Positions 17,129 to 24,000 of a stretch of DNA of 24,000 bases are shown in pieces; the stretch's first letter is position 1, and each line of letters begins with the position of its first letter. The stretch is from Acaryochloris marina S15 (lineage in GTDB: Bacteria; Cyanobacteriota; Cyanobacteriia; Thermosynechococcales; Thermosynechococcaceae), in assembly GCF_018336915.1 (NCBI RefSeq), contig NZ_CP064923.1:4230156-4254155 (forward strand). Direction: 5' to 3'. A program made the translations under genes and the position numbers. The notes beneath the pieces are model-generated. The model had not been told where the DNA came from. It worked only from the letters and a program-made list of their open reading frames with translations, and searched no databases.

Positions 17129-17992
17129 CTATTTTCGGTAGGGAGCCAGTAGAAATTTCCAGCTTCGCTCACGGCGCTGATAGTCTACAGGACATAAGTC
17201 AGCCCGCTCTTGGGGGAGATCGCCACTGGTGACGAAATCAGCAAATTTCTCAGGATTACTGCCATAAATAATGCAGGAAATGGTGTAATAACGCTGTGCT
17301 CCTAAACCATGGGATGCCCAAAACGGTAGCTCTTGGAGCTGCTCTTCTTCTTCCGCATCTACATCAAACTGATCGATTCCGGCAATGACTGCATCATCAT
17401 CTTGCAGCTCTAGCAACATCACCGCAGCAAACTCATCCACCACATTCTCTTCTAGCCCGGTAATGGGAAGTTGGTATTGGTCAACAAAAGCATGGCCGAG
17501 TTCATGGAAAAACGTGAACAGTGCAGAGTAGATCACCTCATCTGCGTAGGCTTCAGGAGACTGATTGTCTTCACCCAGAATGTCGGTATATTGTTTGAGC
17601 AGCTCGTAGCACATGTCGATTTTGACTTGCTCAGGATCATAAAAAGCATTGGCCTCGCCACATTCTTGAAAGCTAACCGTGATATCTCTCGAAAAAGCAA
17701 ACTTGGTATTGAGTTGGGCAATCAATCCATCTTTTTCCTGGGGTATAGAAAATTCTAGAGAATTTTGTAGAGCTTCGTAGATAGCATTGAAGTTCGCATC
17801 ATTCGGCTGGACATAAACAATCCGAATGTCACCTTGGTCAGCAATCTTCTGACGGGACACTTGAGCAATTTTGAGCGGTTTGTTTTGAGGAGAAGCATTG
17901 ATTAAGGGACTCGCACATCCTGCAGTGGCCCACAGCATACTGCCCATCGCAACGCCCCATTGCCAAGATTTAGGCTTCCAGAACTGATTCAT
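17129..17992 (-). CDS. DUF4344-type putative zinc metallopeptidase, probable lipoprotein
   Basis: The HExxH motif is in FFHELGHAFVDQY, followed by EENVVDEFA. The N-terminus MNQFWKPKSWQWGVAMGSMLWATAGC resembles a lipoprotein signal ending in Cys. The ORF track extends to a GTG at 18001, but I prefer the ATG at 17992. Confidence 0.75.
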   Translation of the reverse strand: MNQFWKPKSWQWGVAMGSMLWATAGCASPLINASPQNKPLKIAQVSRQKIADQGDIRIVYVQPNDANFNAIYEALQNSLEFSIPQEKDGLIAQLNTKFAFSRDITVSFQECGEANAFYDPEQVKIDMCYELLKQYTDILGEDNQSPEAYADEVIYSALFTFFHELGHAFVDQYQLPITGLEENVVDEFAAVMLLELQDDDAVIAGIDQFDVDAEEEEQLQELPFWASHGLGAQRYYTISCIIYGSNPEKFADFVTSGDLPQERADLCPVDYQRRERSWKFLLAPYRK

Positions 17993-18288
17993 AAGTGGCA
18001 CTTCTTCACATCAATCAACCTCGATGAATTCCTTGCACCCTGCCTATTGCTAGACACATTCATCGATATTGAAATCACTGTAGTTTACGGCCAACCTTCA
18101 CTATTATTTTTGCCTAAAAACTTACGAATTTTGATATCTCGGAGCAGTACAAAAAGGCTGTTACCAAATTTGCAACCCCTGCCAAACCTAAAGACAGTTG
18201 GGCTAGAGTCGAGATGAACAGCTCTAACTGGAACTCATCCATTATTCGGGAGATCCATCTAAGCCATCCTTGTTGTCGAGATAGTCCT

Positions 18289-19743
18289 ATGTCTAAACGA
18301 TTGCCCGTCATTCAAACCCTCTTCAGTACTCTAGCGATGTCAATGGTGCTGACATCTTCAGCCCTAGCGACAAAGCCGACATTGATTGCCGAGGAAGAAT
18401 CGTTTAATCCCATTGCCCCTAAATCGGAATCTGCTCCTGCAGATAATGTCATTGAGCCTCAGCCCCGCCGTCGCCCTATTTTTGACAATGGCTATCAGCG
18501 AGTGATTGACCAAACGGTACAAATGGTCTCCAATGGCAAGGCTCAACAGCTGGCCAAGCGGTTTGGCTTAAATATCCTCAACGTCACTTGGGAAGATACA
18601 GGACGCTACAAAAACTCCTCAGTCGGTCCCAATATCAGCGATATGACGATTCAAGTCCAACATCGCGACCCAAAATCTCGGTCCAATCGCCTGCATCTAA
18701 TGCCTGTGATTCGACATCCCAACTTTTCTGATAAAACCGCCGATGTCCGTCTGGATCGATTTTTCCTCAAGGTCGGCAATGAGAAAGGGGCTAAATTACG
18801 CAAAGTGGCTCTCAAAGATATTTTGAAAGACCCACGACGATATCTGCATCAGCCCAATTCTTGGACAGGTCGCCAAAAATCCTTATTGGCTCCTCGCGAT
18901 ACCCATGCGCTGGTCAGTGCTCAAGCCAGCTTCTTACCCATTCCCCAGGGAGGCAAAGCTGAATTCAATCCGGTTCTGTTCAACTATCAGTCCTATGCAG
19001 ATAACCCTGCGGTCCTCACCATTCTGGCGACCCGAGAAGGGACCAGCATGACGGTGATTGACAACAAACGCGATGCTTTCTCTGCAGGTCAGACTTGGGG
19101 ACAACGGTTGTTCTTTAACCAAAATGGTGAACGGGCTAGTTTGACGGGGCAGCGAGCTAGTGATTTTGTCAGCAGTGGTCAGTCTTCTGCCAGCAGCTCT
19201 AAGGATGTGGAAGACCGAGGCTTAAATATGGTGCTGCTGATTCAGGTACCTCTCAAACAAAAACGGCCGATGCCGATGTTTACACCTGAAGCAATGGAGG
19301 ATAGCGCCATGGGTGCAAGTGCTCCCACTGCAAAAGCTCAACGCAGCAATGTTGAGGCTGCAGTGATTGGCCATGGCGAGGTGGAAGGTCCCTTTACTGA
19401 AATTGATAATTTGGCGATTGAGCGTGATCCTCGTTTCCCGGTGCGGGTCACAGTCCAGTTCTATAAAGCCACCAGCAATGGCGCGGTGTCTCAGGCAGAT
19501 ATGAAACACATTAACCAACAAATCGCTCGGGTCTATGACGATGCCGACTATGTCGGCAGTTTAGTGGTCGAAGGCGATACGGGGCGACCCACAGAGTATG
19601 ACGGATCTAAACAGGAACCTCCCACTTGGTGGCAGGAATTCTGGAAGCGTCATCGTTCCAATACTGGACAATCCAAGGAAGATACATGGGAAATGCTCAA
19701 CCGACTCATCGCCCAAGCATGGTCTGAGAATATCGATTCCTAA
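18289..19743 (+). CDS. Sec-exported protein of unknown function (~485 aa), no recognisable domain
   Basis: The long ORF is open from 18214. The ATG at 18289 gives a textbook signal peptide, MSKRLPVIQTLFSTLAMSMVLTSSALA/TKP. In the rest (e.g. NVTWEDTGRYKNSSVGPNISD, VRVTVQFYKATSNG) I recognise no catalytic or family motif. Confidence 0.75.
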   Translation: MSKRLPVIQTLFSTLAMSMVLTSSALATKPTLIAEEESFNPIAPKSESAPADNVIEPQPRRRPIFDNGYQRVIDQTVQMVSNGKAQQLAKRFGLNILNVTWEDTGRYKNSSVGPNISDMTIQVQHRDPKSRSNRLHLMPVIRHPNFSDKTADVRLDRFFLKVGNEKGAKLRKVALKDILKDPRRYLHQPNSWTGRQKSLLAPRDTHALVSAQASFLPIPQGGKAEFNPVLFNYQSYADNPAVLTILATREGTSMTVIDNKRDAFSAGQTWGQRLFFNQNGERASLTGQRASDFVSSGQSSASSSKDVEDRGLNMVLLIQVPLKQKRPMPMFTPEAMEDSAMGASAPTAKAQRSNVEAAVIGHGEVEGPFTEIDNLAIERDPRFPVRVTVQFYKATSNGAVSQADMKHINQQIARVYDDADYVGSLVVEGDTGRPTEYDGSKQEPPTWWQEFWKRHRSNTGQSKEDTWEMLNRLIAQAWSENIDS

Positions 19744-19772
19744 ATGGGTTAGATCATGAAGCTTTCAATTGC

Positions 19773-20204
19773 ATGATTGAACTATCTGCATACGATTTTT
19801 CTATCGATCCACCCCAAACAGCCATTAGGGAATGGTGGCAAGTACTTATCAATATTGAAGCAACGTTTTGCATCACCGTTGGCAAAGTACAGATTATTCA
19901 GGAGCCCCACTATTGCGTTGTGGAACTGGTCAATGCGCTTCGGCGTTGGGAGGCCAGTTCCACCTATTTATCAGATTTCGAATATGAGTCCATGAATGAA
20001 GAAGAGACTGAACTCTTGTAGTTTCGGTTAGCTTCAGAGGATCGTTGGCTTGTTGGCTCAGCATGGCAACAAACTGAATATCCAGATTTGGTGTCTACCC
20101 AAGCGTTCAAAACAGCCATTCAAATTTTCAAAAAAAGTGTTGAGCAATCAGTTGCAAATGATCTTGGTGTAAATCTCATAGACTTTGAGGAGTTCGCTGC
20201 TTGA
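19773..20204 (+). pseudogene. Small cytoplasmic ORF interrupted by an in-frame TAG (82 codons + TAG + 60 codons)
   Basis: The ATG at 19773 is 29 nt after the upstream stop. TAG lies at 20019-20021. The same frame then stays open for 60 more codons to TGA at 20202-20204, and that second part contains no Met codon. Confidence 0.5.
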
Positions 20205-20252
20205 TCAACCTTTGCAGTCCAAGATTCACTCGACAACATAGAACTTAGACAG

Positions 20253-21191
20253 CTAGTTGAGACTTTGAAGAGTATCGCTGAATAAGTTGAAGAAGCGATA
20301 CTCTTCCAGAGGTTGTTGATGATTCCAGGTCGCGGACACACAGTAATTTTTGCCAGAGTCATCTCTGAGGGCTGTGGTTAGATTCAAGACGCCTGGTTCT
20401 GCACCCCCTTTAAAGGCAACTTGTTGCCAATTATCAGAGTTAATAATGCCTGTGTTGATTTGCGTGAGCGGTAGATCAGCAACTTTTTCGATCAATTGGC
20501 AGAGTTCTTGGGTGGTGAAAAACCATTCGATGTCTGGAGCGAGGGGTTGGTTATCGACTAGCTCAACGGTTGGGAGAGGGGCTTGATGGATAGTCGGCAG
20601 TAAATCTTGGGGAGAGGGGCTTTGGCGATACGTTTCTAGCAAGTCCTGATTCTCAGGACTTTTGAGGGTGAAGACTTCTTGGGTTGTCAGAAAGGGCCGA
20701 TTTCGGGGCGATGCCTGAGAGAGGGTGTCTCGACCAACGATTTGGATGAGGACATCGGCTGCGGTATTATCGCTGATCGAAATCATCAGACTGGCTAGGG
20801 TTTGTAGGGTGAAGGGGGCCTGATCAGGCCAGTCTTGGAGGATACCGCTGGGAATACTTTTCCATTCGGGTTTTAATTCAACGACTTCGTCCCAGGAATG
20901 TTGCCCTGTCTCGATCTGTTGCTGAAGTTCGGCTAATACTTGGAGTTTGAATGTGGATGCGATCGCAAGAGGTTTCTCAGCATTCAGCGAGACCAGGGCC
21001 TTGTCATCCTTGAGGACCAACACACTCGTTTCTCCGGGCAAAGCGTCAAATGCATCAACTAGCTTATTGGGAGTTGCTCCTGCTTCTGCATAAGGCAGCT
21101 CTAGGCAAATTAGAAGAAAGACCGTTCCAAGGGCTGTAAGCAAGCACTGCTTTATTAAATTTTTATGTTCAAAATGCCAATAAAATTCCAT
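20253..21191 (-). CDS. Exported class-A beta-lactamase-fold serine hydrolase
   Basis: It has a signal-like N-terminus, the SxxK motif ASTFK, the SDN motif SISDNTAAD, and the KTG-equivalent FKGGAEPG. I see no obvious omega-loop ExxLN motif, so true beta-lactamase activity is uncertain. Confidence 0.8.
   Translation of the reverse strand: MEFYWHFEHKNLIKQCLLTALGTVFLLICLELPYAEAGATPNKLVDAFDALPGETSVLVLKDDKALVSLNAEKPLAIASTFKLQVLAELQQQIETGQHSWDEVVELKPEWKSIPSGILQDWPDQAPFTLQTLASLMISISDNTAADVLIQIVGRDTLSQASPRNRPFLTTQEVFTLKSPENQDLLETYRQSPSPQDLLPTIHQAPLPTVELVDNQPLAPDIEWFFTTQELCQLIEKVADLPLTQINTGIINSDNWQQVAFKGGAEPGVLNLTTALRDDSGKNYCVSATWNHQQPLEEYRFFNLFSDTLQSLN
20267..20306. repeat. 13-bp perfect inverted repeat inside the 3' end of the beta-lactamase-fold CDS
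   Basis: gaagagtatcgct (20267-20279) is the exact reverse complement of agcgatactcttc (20294-20306). The loop is 14 nt. Confidence 0.6.
20959..20966. repeat. HIP1 octamer GCGATCGC
   Basis: exact match. Confidence 0.95.
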
Positions 21192-21375
21192 AATTAATCA
21201 ACCCAAGGTATTCCCAAGACAAAAGAATTATTGATCTGCGCCAGAGAAAAATGCGTAATTATACGGAAGACTAAAAATATCCCATTTCAAAGTTCAGTAT
21301 TTCTGACCTGAACACTCTCGATTATTTTGGGGATCATAGAAATATAAGAAATCGATACCTGGGGGATATGATTAC

Positions 21376-21477
21376 ATGCTAATTCCTATTGCTGGATTTG
21401 CTGCTTTATCAATGTTATCTATCATTACGAATACTTTAATCTTGATGGATAGCAAAAACGCCCCTATTGAGAACTAG
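21376..21477 (+). CDS. Candidate 33-aa single-pass membrane peptide
   Basis: MLIPIAGFAALSMLSIITNTLILMDSKNAPIEN. GGGGGA lies 9 nt upstream of the ATG. It sits in an otherwise ORF-free 600-nt gap. It is below normal calling thresholds and is speculative. Confidence 0.25.
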   Translation: MLIPIAGFAALSMLSIITNTLILMDSKNAPIEN

Positions 21478-21725
21478 AGCTCTAACCCATTGCCTGCTCT
21501 AGGTGCAATCGTGCTAAGAAATCAACAACAGAATTGTAAAAAAGTTTTTAAAACTGCGTAAAAGCAGTTATGCAATCTGATAACTATAATATAGATTGCC
21601 AAACCAAACCTCTAAACCCTTATTTTTTGAAATGGGGGTTTTTTATTGCAATCAAACCCTAGCAATGGCAGATGGCTATTCTATTCACCCCAGAAAATTG
21701 AATTTCCTCCGATACTATTTTCTTT

Positions 21726-21769
21726 AAAACAATCCAGGCTACCCAAATTTGGGTAGCCTGGATTGTTTT
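21726..21769. terminator. Bidirectional intrinsic terminator (44-nt perfect palindrome with A-run/T-run ends) downstream of chlB
   Basis: aaaacaatccaggctacccaaa is the exact reverse complement of tttgggtagcctggattgtttt. It lies 22 nt after the chlB stop. Confidence 0.8.
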
Positions 21770-21791
21770 ACCTTAAATCAAGGAATTGAGG

Positions 21792-23318
21792 TTATGCACC
21801 CACCGCTTCTTTCGCGGCATACAGAACCTCAGCAGTGATCTCAGTAATCTCGCGCTCACGAGCAAATTTCTCGGTATTCCGCTTCACTTTGCCGCGCACA
21901 AAACCAGGAATTTTGTTGAGTTCTGCCTGACCATCAGAACTCCAACCCAAGTCAGAATCAGCCGAGATGCCCTTCGTGATCACTTCCTTGGTGTCATGGC
22001 CACCGAAGATTTCTAACAAGTGGTCTTCCATGCCTAGGGTGAAAGAGTTATAAACCAAATCAGCCACCTGATTTGTCCCTTCGTAGCCCAGGAAAGGTTT
22101 ATAGCCGATGGGGAAATCTTGAATATGGATAGGAGCGGCAATCACACCACAAGGAATATTAAGCCGCTTACCGACATGGCGCTCCATTTGCGTACCAAAG
22201 ATAGCAGAGGGTTCGACTCGGGCGATGGCATCGCCGATAGCACCATGATCTTCATTGATCAGCACTTCGTCGCAATATTCGCTCACTTCCTTACGGAACC
22301 ATTCTTCATCGTATTTGCAGTAGCAGCCTGCCCAAACCACATGAATGCCCATTTCGCGAGCCAGAATTTTCGTCATCGCTGCCGCATGAGTGCTGTCACC
22401 ATAGACCACGGCCTTCTTGCCCGTTAGGTTTTGGCAATCGATGGAGCGAGAAAACCAGGCTGCTTGAGAAACATGCAGGGTTTGGTTCTCAATAAATTCT
22501 TCGTAGTTAACGTCTGCCCCTTGAGCATTGATAATTTCTTGGATCTTACGGATACAGCGGGCTGTTTCTACCACACCCATGGGTGTGATATCGACGAAGG
22601 GCATGCCAAACTCTTCCTCTAGATAGCGAGCGGACATATGTCCAATCTCACGATAGGGAACGAGGTTAAACCAGGCCTGAGGTAACCGTCTGAGGTTATG
22701 GACGGACGCCCCTTCAGGAATGACTTCATTGACTTCAATCCCTAAGTCAGCCATTAACCGCTTCAGTTCGGTGCAGTCATGCTGATTATGAAAACCTAGG
22801 GTTGAGATACCAATGATGTTGACGGAAGGCTTAGCGGTTTTCTCTTCCAGTAAATCGCCATTTTTACGGGCTTTCTGGATATAAAACTGAACAATTTGGT
22901 CTAGGGTGCGGTCTGCAGCCTGTAGCTCATTGACCCGATAGTGATTCACATCAGCCAGCAGAACATCCCCTTTAGTACTGAGGGCAGCTCGCTCGACAAA
23001 GTTCTCCAGATCTTCTTGCAGGATGCTGGAAGTACAGGTAGGGGTAAGGACAATCAAATCAGGATTTTCCTCTTCATCCTTCCGAGTAATGTTATCGACA
23101 ACTTTTTCCTGAGAGCCACGGGCTAAAACATGACGATCGACGACACTGGCAGTAACGGGGGTGAAATTCCGCTCTCGCTCTAGCATGGAGCGCATCACGT
23201 TGAAATAGTCATCCCCCAAGGGAGCATGCATAATGCCATGAACATTTTTGAACGAACTGGCAACTCTCAACGTACCAATATGAGCTGGACCAGCGTACAT
23301 CCAGTAGGCTAATTTCAT
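21792..23318 (-). CDS. chlB: Light-independent (ferredoxin/ATP-dependent) protochlorophyllide reductase subunit B
   Basis: 508 aa. The N-terminus [50 protein letters not shown] is near-identical to cyanobacterial ChlB as I remember it. Confidence 0.97.
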   Translation of the reverse strand: MKLAYWMYAGPAHIGTLRVASSFKNVHGIMHAPLGDDYFNVMRSMLERERNFTPVTASVVDRHVLARGSQEKVVDNITRKDEEENPDLIVLTPTCTSSILQEDLENFVERAALSTKGDVLLADVNHYRVNELQAADRTLDQIVQFYIQKARKNGDLLEEKTAKPSVNIIGISTLGFHNQHDCTELKRLMADLGIEVNEVIPEGASVHNLRRLPQAWFNLVPYREIGHMSARYLEEEFGMPFVDITPMGVVETARCIRKIQEIINAQGADVNYEEFIENQTLHVSQAAWFSRSIDCQNLTGKKAVVYGDSTHAAAMTKILAREMGIHVVWAGCYCKYDEEWFRKEVSEYCDEVLINEDHGAIGDAIARVEPSAIFGTQMERHVGKRLNIPCGVIAAPIHIQDFPIGYKPFLGYEGTNQVADLVYNSFTLGMEDHLLEIFGGHDTKEVITKGISADSDLGWSSDGQAELNKIPGFVRGKVKRNTEKFAREREITEITAEVLYAAKEAVGA

Positions 23319-23400
23319 TCTCTAGACTCTCCCTTGAGTTTCAGCACCTGTAAGCATTATTGACTAGTTTGCAGTGGTTGAGTAAGGATAAATTATCCTT

Positions 23401-23540
23401 AAATCGCAAAAAATAGAATCAAATGAATTCATAGGCAATATATACAAATAATAAAGTCTAAAAATCTTAAAATTAGAATCTTAATTAGATATACATATTT
23501 AATCTATAAAAACAAGAACAATAAACAAAAAATCTTTTAA
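23401..23540 (-). promoter_or_regulatory. Extremely AT-rich block in the chlB upstream region (probable promoter/UP-like region)
   Basis: By hand count there are 24 G+C in 140 nt (~17%). It lies 83-222 nt upstream of the chlB ATG and contains repeated aaaaatctt and (t)agaatc words. Confidence 0.3.
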
Positions 23541-23877
23541 CATGCCAGCTTTCAAAAGCTTTATAGATAAGCACAGTTGATCGGCAGTCCGACATCAATG
23601 GCAAGAGATGAGGTACCAATGCTGTTTAACACTATTACTAGTGCCTGTTCCCCCCTTCAGATTGGCGTAAACCTAGGCGAGTTATCCATGATCGGCTTGC
23701 TAGGAATGTCGCAATCCAGCCATTCATATCAGCATTGCTAATTTGAACAACAGAACATAGAACCCTTTCTAAAGACTGGGGTTGGCCTTAAAAGAAAAAA
23801 TCGCTGGGGATTGGCTGATACGGTTCGTTCCATATTGCTAAGCAAGAGTTGTCAATAGGAGTGATCATTAAATTTAG

Positions 23878-24000
23878 TTACTTTTTGCTATTTTGAGGCT
23901 TAGCCAGGGACTTCGTAGTTGAAGCACGGGACAAATAAGCCAATTGGCCAAAAGGCAGAATTGCTCGGTGAGGTTTGAGGCCGTATCCAACTTTATAGGT
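23878..24000 (-). CDS. Possible 3' end of a gene running off the window edge
   Basis: The minus-strand frame is open from the edge for 40 codons (...TYKVGYGLKPHRAILPFGQLAYLSRASTTKSLAKPQNSKK*). No family is recognised, and an open frame this short could be chance. Confidence 0.25.
   Translation of the reverse strand, partial: TYKVGYGLKPHRAILPFGQLAYLSRASTTKSLAKPQNSKK

Noticed and set aside
18147-18164. NtcA-like GTA...TAC site in the divergent promoter region
   Set aside because: The spacing is 12 nt, not the required 8 nt.
19777-20362. ORFs 19777-19995(+) and 20120-20362(-)
   Set aside because: The first is an alternative frame of the 19773 ORF with an implausible translation. The second overlaps the 3' end of the beta-lactamase-fold gene and the extended plus-strand frame, and shows no supporting signal.
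22119-23126. Plus-strand ORFs of 102, 63 and 61 aa
   Set aside because: They are antisense shadows within chlB.
1-24000. CRISPR arrays, rRNA, tmRNA/RNase P/6S-type RNAs
   Set aside because: I saw no spaced direct-repeat array and no recognisable conserved RNA core sequence on either strand. This is visual inspection only, so short or divergent ncRNAs could be missed.

Overview
This is a cyanobacterial chromosomal segment. The taxonomic call rests on nine exact copies of the HIP1 octamer GCGATCGC (about 0.4 expected by chance) and on chlB, desC, a cyanobacterial-type gshA and a DUF1400 protein. Coding density is high and most genes are on the minus strand. Confident housekeeping calls are an M23/LysM peptidase, gshA-trmL, hisA, murD, a Zn-dependent dehydrogenase, desC, an aluminium-resistance-family PLP enzyme, a small Nfu-type Fe-S scaffold, gcvT-gcvH and chlB. 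I found no rRNA, tRNA, CRISPR array, transposase or integrase. Two stretches look accessory or unexplained. (1) 7393-9352 holds four loosely spaced small genes (capless HAD-like, DUF4177, VOC/PhnB-like, SUKH-like) between core genes, and its right half looks low in G+C. (2) 17129-21191 holds a Sec-exported ~485-aa protein I cannot assign to any family. A small reading frame split by an in-frame TAG follows it 29 nt downstream. A DUF4344-type HExxH lipoprotein and a class-A-beta-lactamase-fold hydrolase flank the pair. The second stretch is my best candidate for something undescribed, but every functional statement about it is inference. Other observations: several unusually long perfect palindromes at gene ends, two TTG-initiated genes with perfect AGGAGG ribosome-binding sites (one ORF has no ATG at all), a 21-nt coding tandem repeat, two ~600-nt ORF-poor gaps, and a ~17% G+C block upstream of chlB. 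All family assignments come from motif recognition by eye and no searches were run.
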